A DNA stretch of 64,000 nt, from positions 48,362,001 to 48,426,000 of the forward strand of contig CM052816.1 of assembly GCA_028534125.1 (NCBI GenBank), written 5' to 3'. The DNA is from Lama glama. Its lineage: Eukaryota. Of this stretch, positions 26,301 to 39,359 are shown piece after piece. The number at the start of each line of letters is the position of its first letter. The stretch's first letter is position 1. The position numbers and the translations under genes were made by a program. The notes beneath the pieces are model-generated. The model made no database searches and had not been told where the DNA came from. It worked only from the letters and a program-made list of their open reading frames with translations.

Positions 26301-27483
26301 CTGAATGGGGGAAATTGTGTTTGTCAGGGTAATTTTTATATGTAAATTTATTACCAATAATCATTACTACTACAGTCTTCCATGGAGATATTTAATACAT
26401 GAACATACTCTCTTCAGCGATATGTGGTAATCACATACATGTATCAAAAGTTACCTAGTCTGTTTGCTTCATAATTATATACAGTGTAAATAAAACAAAA
26501 ATAATTACTCTATTATGTAGACTTTAAGTCTTAGAAACTATAAAATAATGTAAATATTGTTCTTCCATGTTTTGTTCTTTGGAAGTCAAGACTTCATATA
26601 TTCAGCTTTCTGTTTGTGAATTCAACAGCTCATTAATGAGCAATATGCATACAGCCTAGGATACAGCTTTGAGAAATAGTAGTGAAGAAGACAGTCTCAA
26701 TTCTGCCTATATACAGAGTAACCCAAAGAAGTATTGTTCATTGAAGAATAATTTAGAAATAACATATACATGTAAGTGTAGATTTTTAAAAGTTTTGAAA
26801 TGAGACAAGTTAGAAATAAAGATTAATGGAGAAATATGAAATTTTAATCTTTAACTGATATTTTAAATTTAAATTCAAAAATGATTTTAAATTATACTTT
26901 TAAAAATAAATGAGTACAAACATTTTTTATTATTTTACGCTATTAAAGTTTCCAGTTGAATACATACTACACTCATCTTTTTATAAGTCAAAGTACGTAC
27001 TTTTTAAAAAGAGGATCTTATTCCATTTATAGGTCTCCTTGCACCCTTTCTGATATAACTGGAAAATTATTTATTATATTTCTTCCATTACATGTACACA
27101 AATGTATCCAAACATATATCCATATACAGATTTAAACACACATACATATATGTATCAACTCCAATTCTTTGAGTGAATTCAATCCTAGGAATATTACATT
27201 TTTGATTACTGAATGTTTACTGAAATGTAAGTGACAAAACAAATATTTTTTAAAAATATTTATAAATTTCTGAGGTGGTTTATACTGTTTTCCATTGGTG
27301 AAATATGTAGAATCAAATTCAGCATGTGAATGTCAGATAATATGTTTGGGCTCAAAATGCATTGTGAATCAAAGATAGTTTATATACAATGAATGTGATA
27401 ATTCGTATGAATAATATTATTTACTAGATTTGTCTCATTTACAGACACAGTTTGTTGAGGCAGAAATAGACACTACATGACTA

Positions 27484-30021
27484 TAGGCCTACCTCATATT
27501 ATTGCACATTACTTTTTTGTACTTCGCAGATGTGATGTTTTTTACAAATTGAAGTCGTGTGGCAACATTAAATCAAGCAGTAGATTGGTGTCATTTTTCA
27601 AACAGCAAGTGCTCACTTTATTTCTGTGTGTTATGTTTTGGTAATGCTCACAATATTTCAAATATTTTCATTATTATACTTGTTATGGTGATCTGTGATC
27701 AGTGATCTTTGATGTTACTATTGTAATTGTTTTGAGGTGTCATGAATCACACCCTTGTAGGATGGTGAACTTAATTAATAAATGTGTGTGTTCTGACTGC
27801 TTTACCAACCAGCTCTTCCCCCATTTCTCTCCATCTCCTGGGACTTCTCTCTTCCTCGTTACATAACAATATTGAAATTAGGACAATTAATAATCCTACA
27901 ATGACCTCTAAGTGTTCAAGTGAAAGGAAGAGTCACATGTATTGCACTATTAATCAAAAACTAGAAATGATTAAGCTTAGTGTTGAAGGCATGTTAAAAG
28001 ACCAAAGTAGGCTGGAAGTTAGGCCCCTTGTTCTAGTTAGTCACATTATGAATGCAAAGGAAAGGTTATTGAAAGAAATTAAAAGTGCTGATCCAGTGAA
28101 GACATGAATGATAAGAAAGTGAAACAGCCTTATTGCTGATATGGAGAAAGCTTTAGGAGTCTCCATAGAAGATCAACCAGCCACAACATTCCCTTAAACC
28201 AAAATCTAATCCAGAGCAAGGCCCTAATTCTCTTCAGTTCTGTGAAGGTTAACAGAGGTGAGAAAGATGCAGAAGAAAAGTTTGAAGCTAGCAGAGGTTG
28301 GTTCATGAGGTTGATGAAAGGCGGCATTTCCATAACATGAAAGTGTGAAGTGAAGCAGTAAGTGCTGGTATAGAACCTGCAGCAAATTATCCAGAACATC
28401 TAAGTAAGAGTGAATGAAGTTGAGTACAATAAACACCAGATATTTAATGTAGACTCAATAGCCTTCTACTGGAAGAAGATGCCATCTAAGACTTTCTTAG
28501 CTAGAGAGAATACAGTGCCTGGTTTCAACACTTTGAAGGACAGGCTGACTCTTGTTAGGGGCTATCGCAGCTGGTGACTTGAAGTTGAATGCAGTGCTCA
28601 GTTACCATTCTGAAAATCCTAGGGCTGTTAACAATTATACCTGTATTCTGTAGATGGAGCAGCAAAGTCTGGATGACAACACTTCTGCTTACAATGTGGT
28701 TTACTGAGTATTTTAAGCTCACTGTTGAAACCTACTGTTCAGGAAAAAAAAAATTATTTCAAAATGTCACCACTAACTGACAATGCACCTAGTCACCCAA
28801 GAGCTCTGATGGAGATTAATGCTGTTTTCATGTTTGCTAACATGACATTCATTCTGTAGCCCAAGGATCAAGGAGTAACTTTAACTTTCCAGTCTTATTA
28901 TCTAAGAAACATATTTCATAAGACCAGCTGCCATAGATAGTGATTCCTCTTATGGTCTGAGCAAAGTGAAATGAAAACCTTCTGGGAAGGATTTATCATT
29001 CTAGATGCCTTCAAGAACATTTGTAATTCAGAGGAAGAGGTCAAAATATCAGCATTAACAGAAATTTGGAAGAAGTTGATTTTAACCCTAATGGATGACA
29101 TTGATGCGTTCAAGACTTCAGTAGAGGAAGTAACTCACATGTGGTGAAAATAGTAAGAGAACTAGAATTAGAGGTAGAGCCTGAAGATATGACTGAATTT
29201 CTGCAATGTCGTGATCAAATTTTAACAAATAAGGAGTTACTTCTTATGGATGAGCAATGAAAGTGGTTTCTTGAGATGAAATCTACCCCATGAAGACGCT
29301 GTGAAGTTTGTTAAAATGACAAAAAGGATTTAGAAGATTACATAAACTTAGTTGAAAAAGAAGTAGAGGATTGGAAAGATGTCCTCCTATTCTGCTATCT
29401 TGATTGGAGTCTCCCAAATAGATTATTTTTAAAAGTGTTTGTTTCTTCCCGTATGTTAGACCTTTAATGTCATCTGGGGTTCTGGCAGAAAACAGTTGAT
29501 AGCTCAACTGACGAGAGGATTGACTCCAATTTTGAAAGGAGTTCTACTGTGAGTAAAATACTATAAAACAGCATTGCATTCTACAGAGAAATCATTTTTA
29601 AAAGGAAGAGTCAATCAGTACAGCAAATGTCACTGTTGTCTTATTTTTAGAATTTACCACAGCCACCCCAGCCTTCAGCAACCACCACCCTAATCAGTCA
29701 GTAGACATCAACATTGAGGCAAGACGCTTTACCAGCAAAAAGGTTACAGCTTGCTGAAGGCTCAGATGATGGTTGGCCTTTTTTGGCAATGAAGTATTTT
29801 TTATTGAATTATACTTGATTTACAGTAGCAATAAATATTTTAATTAAGATACACACATTGTTTTTTCAGACATGCTGTTGAACATTTAGTAGACTACAGT
29901 GTAGTATAACATCAATTGTCTATACACTAGGAAACGAAAAAATTTGTGTGACTTGCATTATTATATTTCTTTTATTACAGTGGTCTGGAACTGAACCCAC
30001 AATGTCTCCAAGGTATACCTG
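27484..30021 (+). mobile_element. Tigger1 (Tc1/mariner-pogo) DNA transposon, full length, defective transposase
   Basis: TIRs taggcctacctc / aaggtatacctg with TA flanks (27482-83, 30022-23). Transposase remnants MTSKCSSERKSH...NQKLEMIKLS, and ASRGWF coding sequence. Confidence 0.95.
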
Positions 30022-30049
30022 TATTCCCTAGCCTGAGATTTAGAAATCT

Positions 30050-30200
30050 AAAAGAGGAGGAGGAAGAGGGGATGAAAGGTGTACAGAAGGGAGGAAAGGA
30101 GACAAAAGGAAAGATGGAGGAGGGGAGGGAAGGTGAGAGGGATGGAAGGAAGGAAGGTAGGAAGGAGGGAAGGACAGAAGGAATGAAGAAGAGAAGAGGA
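30050..30200. repeat. GA-rich low-complexity (GGAA-like)
   Basis: Directly visible. Confidence 0.85.
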
Positions 30201-30799
30201 TAAACTGATACTCTTTGGATGCAGTGCCCCTGATAAGATTCTAATAGCTCACTGTGGTCTTTTGCAATAGAAATAAATCCCTTCAATCACCTATGTGAAA
30301 CAGCCATTCTGTATAACTTTTGTGCCACATTTCACACAGATTGCTTTCCTTTCTATATGCTGTTTTGTTTTTCCCTTATCCCCCATATGGTGTATATTCT
30401 ACTTTCATCAAATGTAATTTAAAATATATCCTCAACAAAAGACTCATACTATCTTTCAAACCATTTTGATTTTTTTTTTCCTGTGCCTAGTGGCCTTTAG
30501 AATTAAGGAAACTTAAATTTTATAATCCCAAGTAACTTTATTTTTCTTTTTTGTAAATGATGTTATTTAGTATGGTATGTAATATCTATCTTGTTTTTTA
30601 AATGAAAACCACTCAGTACATAGAATTAACCATACATCAATTCATTTTATTAACCTGTATTTTAGTGATATTATTGTATTAGAAAATGAAGAAATACTGA
30701 TATGAAAAATGATCCTAGCCAAGTATGTTTACAAACTTTTGATGTGATACTTAGTTTCAAAAATTTTAAATTGAGAAATGATGTTAATGCACTAAAATG

Positions 30800-31790
30800 C
30801 ATATTGTGGTAAGAACACTTAACATGAGCTCTTCCTTCTCTATAAATTTGTAAGCATGTTGTGATCTGTGAGTACAATGTTGTATAGCAGATCTCTAGAA
30901 CCTTTTCATCTTGTGTAGCTCAAATTTTATACCCGTTTGTTAGCAACTGTCCATTTCCCCCTTACCCAGCTCTGGTGACCATAATTCTATTTGCTTCTTT
31001 CAGTTTGACTATTTTAGATACCTCATATAAATTTGAATTATGCAGTATATGTCCTTCTCTGACAGGCTTATTTCATTTATTTAGTATGTCCTCCCTCAGC
31101 TCATCTATGTTGTAGCCTATTACAGGACTTCCTTTTATAAGGCTGAATAATATTACATTGTATGTATATACAACAGTTTTAAAATCCATTCACCTGACAA
31201 TGAATATTTAGATTGTTTCCAAATTTTGGTTATTCTGAATAGTGCTAAATGTACAAGTCTTGCATGTCAGTTCAATGAATGTTTACATTTGCAAACATTT
31301 GGGTGATCATCAAACAGAGATATAGAACACTGACAGCATTCAGAAGCTTATTTTTGCCTCTTCCCAGTCATTTCCCTCTCCTCCAAATAATAACCACTAT
31401 TCTGACTTACATTACTATAGATTAGTTTTGCCTGCTTCTGACCTTCCTGTAAATGGAATCATAAATATATACTCTTGTACTTACTGCTTCTTTTTCTTAT
31501 AGTCATTCCATTCATCCATATTTTTGCATGTCATTACAGGTCCGACTCCTTTTTTTCTTTATTAAACAAGACTGTGATAAATATTTTTGTTTATACAATT
31601 TGTCTACAAATCTGATTTTGAATAGTTTCTTAGAAAAATTTACAGGTCAAATGATATAAAAATGTTTAAGTCTCATGACAAGCATTTTCATACTGATTGT
31701 AACAATTTATACTCTGCAATGTATTTTGTGACAGTGTATGTATATTTTCATTTAGATTCCTGAAGGTATTTCCATGGTTTTAGGTTGCAC
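30800..31790 (-). mobile_element. L1 3' fragments (L1MA9-like, then older L1M)
   Basis: gtggtaagaacacttaacatgag...gcagatctctagaacc...ggctgaataatattacattgtatgtatatac. Confidence 0.8.
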
Positions 31791-32537
31791 TGTACTCATA
31801 AAATATAAACTCACTGAAGTTTATAACTGTATCTTCCTTTCTTTTGTATTCTCCTATCTCACTTATGAAATATTCAGTACTAGACACACATTGAATATGT
31901 GCTTTTGAATGTCTGAAGAAATGGATAATGGAATATGGTATGATTTTTAAGGTTGAGTGCCCCTTTAAAAATGAAATCTGAAATAAGAGTGGATATAACT
32001 AAGCTAGAATAAGAAGGACGACTGAACAACAATCATTTAATGGATTCATATTAATGTTTTATCATTTGTGACTCCAGGTTTCTCTCTGCAGGCAGTGTTG
32101 TCTTGTGTTCAGATTGTTTAGTTATTATGGGGAAGTGATTAAAAATTCTCCTGAGCTGTGAAGCAGTTATCTGGGGATAGAAAAAGCAAGAGATTAGAAA
32201 ATATTACTGAGGCATTATAAATATCTAATAGTACTAAGCTGATCTGTAATTACCTTTATGAAAGCTATAGAATGAAATTACAGCATTAGAATAAACAAAA
32301 GACCATACGCTATAGCAACATACTCTTTTTAAATATAAGCATTTCCTAAGGACAAATTCAAAGTCATCTTTTTTGCATTATGGCATTTGTTTGTAATACA
32401 TTGTATTCCTCGCTAATTGATTTTCTAATTTAACTATGGTTGAATTACCTTGCTCTTGGAACCTAATAAATTGTAAGGCCATTTGATATATCGATAAATT
32501 TGATTTTACCTCTTTATGTTGATTTCTTTCATTTTAG

Positions 32538-32792
32538 TTTCACTTATCCTATATTTATAATGATACATTACGAAGATGGTGTAATATTGTATGATTTTGA
32601 TAATTTAACTTTAAAGTGATCAAAAAATAATCAAGTATATTATTAGAAAACTGCTCATTCTTAATAAATCTTATGGACTAGATAGTTCTAATTTATAAAA
32701 ATGATGATTAAAAAATAGATGAAAATTTAGAATCAATAATTTACTGCATGTCAATTTGAACTAATAATTTTTTATCAATAAAAACTTCCAAG
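32538..32792 (+). pseudogene. Decayed RGS-like exon B1 (..YDFDNLTLK*../LLENCSFLINL..IYKN../DENLESIIYCMSI*TNNFLSIKTSK)
   Basis: gatttctttcattttag acceptor and ccaag|gtatat donor. RGS-like motifs with stops and frameshifts. Confidence 0.4.
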
Positions 32793-32961
32793 GTATATGT
32801 TGATTATGATTAACTTTTTACCTTATATTTCATATGGACAGACTGCTTAAATAAATTATATATTTAATAGAAATATATCTTGTATGCAACATTAAAATTG
32901 GTGATAATTTGGTTTTGTATTATTACTATTTAACTTTTTGTACTCTATTGTTTTACGTCAG

Positions 32962-32978
32962 TTGAATTAAATTTAGAC
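32962..32978 (+). pseudogene. RGS micro-exon B2 (17 nt, phase 1-0): ELNLD
   Basis: ttgttttacgtcag|TTGAATTAAATTTAGAC|gtaagt. Matches the canonical RGS EVNLD/EINID motif. Confidence 0.65.
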
Positions 32979-33614
32979 GTAAGTTTAGAGAACAGTTAAT
33001 CCAATATTGTGCCTCAATCTATTTACTATATTCCTTTTTACATGTTAATTCTCCATCAAATGAATACCTCTTTTCACTATTTATTGATGGTCTATATTTT
33101 AGCAATAATTAGCATTACAAATCTAGAGCATAGACAGTTAAAATATAAGTATTTGGCATTTTAGGAAAAAGCAATGTCTAAATATGGGTCAAATGTAGGT
33201 TGCTCCTCGTGTAATAAATGGACAAAAAATATATTCCAAATTATTTCAAATTCAAAATTTATCCTTAGGTTGTTCCTGAATATTCAAACTTGGTGAATTA
33301 GTTTAAAAGAATGAAATGTCTTACCTTTATACCTAGAGCCAAACAGTTGATAAAATGAAAGTATATAACTGCTTAACTTCTTGTGTTTTACAAACATTTT
33401 TGCTTTGGGGCTTCTATTCAGGAGCGGAAAAAAGAAGTCTAGATAGATGAGAATGTATTTTTAATGCATTTTTCCATTTGACTAAGGAAGTACATTTTAA
33501 AATTAAATTAACATAATACCCAGAAGCATATTCAATCAAGTTTCCTCTCTCAACTTATAACGTACATATGAGTTTATGTTGTATAGAAATAATTGTTTTG
33601 CTTTTTTTTAATAG

Positions 33615-33743
33615 AAATTACTGTTTTACACTGTGAAACAAAAAATTTGATCAAGTTGGTAGAAAGTTCTTTTTTAAGTTAAGAAGATAAATGTGTGCAA
33701 AGATACTTTATCTGTGACCAATATGACATTTCTTCCAAATCTG
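33615..33743 (+). pseudogene. RGS exon B3 (129 nt, phase 1-1): ITVLHCETKNLIKLVESSFLS*EDKCVQRYFICDQYDISSKS
   Basis: tttttttaatag acceptor and ctg|gtaaaa donor. Ungapped register match to the RGS consensus FDEAQ..IY.LMEKDS.PRFL.SD.Y. TAA at 33680-33682. Confidence 0.65.
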
Positions 33744-33981
33744 GTAAAACAAATCCTAAACTTTACTTAAATATGTTTTATGTATTATACAATGTAATTG
33801 AATATTATATAATTCAGTGCATTCCCCTCTATCACCTGCTGGCGGTCAATAATCACATTCATTGTAAAATGACCCAAAACAATTTGGTTAGACAAAGCCA
33901 TTAGATTTTTCTAGTTGGTAAGATTGATGCGTAGATTAGATGCAAGTAAAAATTTATTGCTTTCCACAATCTTGTTTCCAG

Positions 33982-34100
33982 ATTTATACGAGCAACTTTC
34001 TGACAAAATTTTTTAACATACAGACTTTGTGTGTGTACGTGAGCAGGTACAGTCATACAACCTACTGTTTGGTAGAACTTCATGAAGTCCCAGCTCTCTG
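33982..34100 (+). pseudogene. RGS exon C1 remnant: (D)LYEQLSDKIF*HTDFVCVREQVQSYNLLF/(W)VELHEV
   Basis: cttgtttccag acceptor, phase 1 as B3 requires. Spacing equals the RGS N-terminal L..LLS.K....N..FW motif. Stop at 34014 and frameshift at ~34070; 3' end uncertain. Confidence 0.5.
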
Positions 34101-34397
34101 TTATTTTGAGTTTTCTAATTATTTTGGGGGTTTTCTGATTAAAATTTACATGAAATGTCCAATGATTTACTGTTGTTGAATTCACCGCCACCGCCACCAA
34201 CAACAAAAAAAAGTTACTTGGCCCACTAGATCTTAATACTCTCTTATGCAAAGATAAAGAGAATTTAAAAGAAAACAAAAAGATAAAGAGTATTTTTATT
34301 TTTTATGCAATTCATATATTTTGTATATCATTAATGTCAGCTATAAGAATCCTTGATGCTGAATAACAAGTTATTCATTTCACCAGTGATATTTATT

Positions 34398-34588
34398 TAG
34401 GGTTGTCACATTCATTAAATAAAAAATACAGGACTTCCAATTAAATTTTATTTCAAATAAGTATATATATTTTTAAATATAAATACATCCTTGTTATAAC
34501 TGGGGCATACTTATGCTAAAAATGTATTACCTGTTTTAGCTGAAATTTGAGTTTAAATGATTGTCCTGTATTTTATCTGACAACCATA
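34398..34588. mobile_element. MER53 (hAT MITE, palindromic)
   Basis: tagggttgtca...aaatacaggac...gggcatacttat...gtcctgtattttatctgacaaccata. Confidence 0.9.
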
Positions 34589-34634
34589 TACCCATTTCTA
34601 ACATTCATTATGACACTTAGCAAAACATAGTGTG

Positions 34635-34860
34635 GATTATTTATTCATGCAATATTATTTAAGCACCTATTATGAGTCAGACTCTGTTCTAAGCACTGGA
34701 AATACAGCTATCAATAAAACAGAAAAAAAGTGCTTTTTTCATACAAATTATTTTCTATTGAGAAAGGCTAATAATTAAAAATGCATATGTAAATTAGATT
34801 AAAGATGATAAGAGCTGTGAAGACCAAAAAGCAATGAAAATAGTTGGAAGATCATGCTGA
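34635..34860 (-). mobile_element. L2 3' fragment
   Basis: aagcacctattatgagtcagactctgttctaagcactggaaatacagc. Confidence 0.75.
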
Positions 34861-35099
34861 ATTTATTAAAATAGTGCATATTGTTATGGGAGAATCAATA
34901 TGGGAAAGATGACAGAAAACAACATATAAAAGATACTTGGATCTTGAGTAATGGTTATGAGTTCAAGAGATAAACATTACAGGAAGGTGGAGGATGAGAT
35001 AGAAGATACACTGAAAAAAGAAGTAAAACATATGCAGTATAGAAAATATAATGAATTGCCATGAAGTAGCGAGTTTTCTTTATTTTCATTGGTTAACTT

Positions 35100-35900
35100 A
35101 TTTTATGATTTTTTTCAATTTTGTCACTTGATATATTTATAGAGATCCAAGTAAAACAATAGGTGAATGTATAAAATATTTTTACCACAGATGATTCCCT
35201 TGTGCCCATTTCCAATCTCCCCACCAACTTTTTTGACTTCTTTTCAACATAGATCTTTCACAATAGATCTTTCACCATAGATTTTTTCTAATCTACCTTG
35301 AGTTCATATATATATTCATGGGTAGACATATGCAGTGTGTTCTCTTTTATGTCTGACTTCATTTGAACAACACACTGGTTTTAAGATTCATCCATGTTGC
35401 TCACTGTGTCAATAGTTTGCTCTTTTTTATTGCTATGTGATATTTCAGTTTATATATTCCAGTGTTAGTGGGTATTTGTATATTTGATATTTGAGTCATA
35501 TCCAAGTTTGGGAAATTATGAATAGAGATAAAATGAACATTCTTGTGCTGTATTTTTTGTTTGTTTGTTTGCAAACACATGCCTTTGTTTCTTTTGGGTA
35601 TATACCAAATAATAAAGTCATTATGTCAAAGTGTATGTGTAAGTTTAAAATTATTAGAGCATACCACACAGTTCTCTAAATTTATTGTACAATTTTATAA
35701 GCTGAAAAGCAATGTATAAACATTCCTTTTGTACTGCATCCAAGTCAACATTTGACTTTAAAATTCTTTTTATTTTTAGCCATTTTAGTATACAAGAAAT
35801 TTATCATAATTATTTTGTCAAAGTATTTCTTTTGTGAAGTGCTTGTTCGAGTCTTATACACACTTTTGATTGCTTTCTTCATCTTACCAGATGCCGTGAT
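35100..35900 (-). mobile_element. Old L1ME-type 3' fragment
   Basis: ttttaagattcatccatgttg...tttcttttgggtatatacca...tgtgaagtgcttgttcgagtc. Confidence 0.7.
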
Positions 35901-36136
35901 TTTTTTAATATTTTACTGATATGGTTGAATTTAGGTCTACTATTATAATTGGTTTTCCATTTACCCAAAATTTTCTTCCTTTCTTGGTTTTTGTTTGTTT
36001 AGTTGTTTCTCCTTTTATTCTTCTTTCAAGTTAATAAAGTAACTTCCTTTTTGGCTTTCTAGATTTACTTTTGATTCTAAATTATGAACTCCACAGTACA
36101 TTGTTATTTAGTGTTTTTGATAGTCAGTAGCCTTTA

Positions 36137-36461
36137 CAGTTGGCCCTCCATATCCACAGGTTCTGAATCCCAGGGTTCACCAACATTGAATTGAAAATAC
36201 TTGAAAAAAAAATTGGGAAAATTCCAAAAAGCACAAGTTGAGTATTCTGGGAGCACGCAACTATTTACATAGAATTTACATTGTATTTAAGCTATTTGCA
36301 TTGTACTAAGTATTACAAGTAATCTAAAGTTTATTTAAAATATATGGGAGTATGTGCCTAGGTTATTTGCAAATACTATGCCACTTAATAATAAGAGCAC
36401 CATCAGATTTGGTATCCATGGGAGATTCTGGAACAAATCCCCTGTGGATACTGAGGGACTG
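36137..36461 (-). mobile_element. MER2 (Tigger-family non-autonomous element)
   Basis: TA|cagttggccctccatatcc ... ggaacaaatcccctgtggatactgagggactg termini. Confidence 0.88.
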
Positions 36462-36918
36462 CATAATATATTTTCAAATATCCTTTCATGTAATCTCATA
36501 TACATACATAAAATACACACACACATATATATATATATATACATACATATATCATGTCTTCTTTATCCATTCAATGTTGATATACACATTGCTTTCATAT
36601 CTTGGCTATTGCAAATACTGTGCTATGAACAGTAGGATACATGTATCTTTTTGAATTAGTGCTTTTACTGCTTTGGATATATACCCAGCAGTGGAATTGC
36701 TGGATCATATGGTAGTTCTATTTTTAGTTTTTGGAGGAACCTGTATACTCTTTTCCAGTTGTAAATTGGCAACCAATGTACAGCCCACCAACAGTATATC
36801 TGGGTTCCCTTTTCTCCAGATCCTCCCTAACATTTGTTATTTGTAAACATTTTGATTGTTAGCCATTCTGACAGGTGTAAAGTATTATCTCATTCTTGTT
36901 TTGATTTGCATTTCTCTG

Positions 36919-37148
36919 ATCATCTTTTCATGTGTCTATTGGCTTTTTGTATGTCTTCTTTGGAAAAATATCTGCAGGTTTTCCACACATTTTTAAATTA
37001 GGTTATTATTTTTGTGAGTTGTATGATTTGTTTAATCATCTTTTCATGTGTCTTGGCTTTTTGTATGTCTTCTTTGGAAAAATATCTGCAGGTTTTCCAC
37101 ACATTTTTAAATTAGGTTATTATTTTTGTGAGTTGTATGATTTGTTTA
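36919..37148. repeat. 116/114-bp tandem duplication inside the L1
   Basis: 36919-37034 and 37035-37148 are identical apart from a 2-bp indel. Confidence 0.95.
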
Positions 37149-39312
37149 TATAGTTGGATATTAACCCCTTGTTGGTCATATTATCTGCAAATATTTTCTC
37201 CCATTTAATAGGTATGCCTTACTGTGCAAAGTATTTTAAGTTTAAGTAGGTTCGATTTATTTATATTTGATTTTGTTTTTTGTTGCCTCAGGAGACAAAT
37301 CCAAAAAAATACTGTTACAATTTATGTCAAAGAGTGTTCTTCCTGTGTACTCCTCTGGGAATTTTGTGATTTCAGATCTTACAGTTAGGGCCTTAATCCA
37401 TTTTAAGTTTATTTTTGTATGAAGTATGAGGAAATGTTTTAATTTCATTATTTTATATGTTGCTGTCCAGTTTTGCTAGCACAACTTATGGAAGAGACTT
37501 TTTTCTCCATTATATGTTCTTAAGTCCTTTGTCATAGACTAATTGACTAAAGTGTGTGGTTTTATTATAGGGCTTTCTGTTCTGTTCAGTTGGTATTTGT
37601 GCCAGTACCATTTTTTTTTTGATTACTGTAGCTTTGTAGTATAGTTTGAAGTCAGGGAGCATGATGCCTCCAGCTTTGTTCTTTATTCTCATGATTCCTC
37701 TGGCAATCTGAGCTCTTTTGTGGTTTCATATAAATTTTAGGATTATATGTTCTTGTTCTGTGAAAAATATCATGGGTATTTTGACAAGGATTTGCATTAA
37801 ATCTGTACATTGCTTTGGGTGGTATGGATATTTTGACAATGTTAATTCTTCCAGTCCAAAAACACAGGGTATCTTTCTATTTTATTGTACCATCTTTAAT
37901 TTCCTTCATCAGTGTTTTATAGTCTTCAGAGAATAGGTCTTTCACTACCTTGGTTAAGTTTATTCCTAGGTATTTTATTCTTTTTGATGTAATTTTAAAT
38001 GGGATTGTTCTCTTGATTCCTCTTTCTGATAGTTCATTATTAGTATATGGAAAAGCAACAGATTTCAGTATATTAATATTATGTCCTTCATCTTTACTAC
38101 ATACATTCATTAGTGTCTATCGTTTTTTAGTGGTAATTTTAGGGTTTTGTATATATAGTATCATGTCATTTGCAAATAGTGACAGTTTTACTTCTTCCCT
38201 TTGAATTTGGGGGCCAGTTATTTCTTTTTCTTTTCTGAATGCTGTGGCTAGGACTTCCAATCCTGTGTTAAATAGAAGTGGAAACAGTGGGCATCCATGT
38301 CTTGTTCCTGACTTTAGAGGAAGGGCTTTCAGCTTTTTATTTTACCTTTGAGTATAATGTAAGCTGTGGTTTTGTCATAAATGGTATTTATTATGTTAAG
38401 TGTATTCCATCTATGCCAACTTTGATGAGAGTTTTTAATATGAATGTGTGTTGAATTTTGTCAGATCTTTTTCTGTGTCTGTTGAAATGATCATGTGATT
38501 TTATACTTCCTTATATTACGGTGGTGTATGACATTGATTGATTTGTGAATACTGAACCATTATTGCACCCTGTAATAAATCTCACTTGATCATGGTATAT
38601 GATCCTTTTAATATATTGTTGAATTCAGTTTTCTAATATTTTGCTAAGGGTTTTTGCCTCTATGTTCAAAAGAGATATTGGCCTATAATTTTCTTTCTTT
38701 CTTTTTCTTTTTTCTTTTTTTTGTAGTATGTTTGTAAGGTGTCAGAAGTTGTCAGAATAATGGTGGCCTCTAAGAATAAATTTGGGAGTGCTCCATCTTG
38801 GGGGGTTAGTTTGGGGGGTTAGTTTGAGGATAGGTATTAGCTCTTTTTATATGTTTGATAGAATTCCTCTAGAAGCCTTGTAGACCTGGACTTTTGTTTG
38901 CTGGGAGGTTTTTTTGTGTTTTTTTTTTTTAATTACAAATTCAATTTCACTACTAGTTATCCATCTCTTCAGATGTCTACTTCTTTCTGATTGAGTCTTG
39001 AAAGTCTTATGTTTCTAGAAATTTGTCCATGTCTTCCAGATTGTCCAATTTGTTGACTTATAACTGTAGTATTCTCTTATGATTTGTGTATTACTGTAGT
39101 ATTGTTATTTCTCTTTAATTTCTTATGTTTTTGTGGGTCCCCTCTCTTTTCTTCTTGATAAGCAGGCTACAGGTTTATCAATTTTATTTATCTTTTCAAA
39201 AAAAACAGCTCTTGGTTTTATTAAACTTTCCTGTTTTTTTTTTCTCTTTGGTGTCCATTTTATTTATTTCCTCTGTAATCTTTATTCTTTTATTCCTTCT
39301 GCTGACTTTTGG

Positions 39313-39315
<3 letters not shown>

Positions 39316-39359
<44 letters not shown>
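39316..39359. repeat. (TG)n microsatellite within L1
   Basis: Directly visible. Confidence 0.95.

Noticed and set aside
27784..29290. TIGD1-like transposase gene
   Set aside because: Many stops and frameshifts inside a TIR-flanked Tigger1; a fossil transposon, not a domesticated gene.
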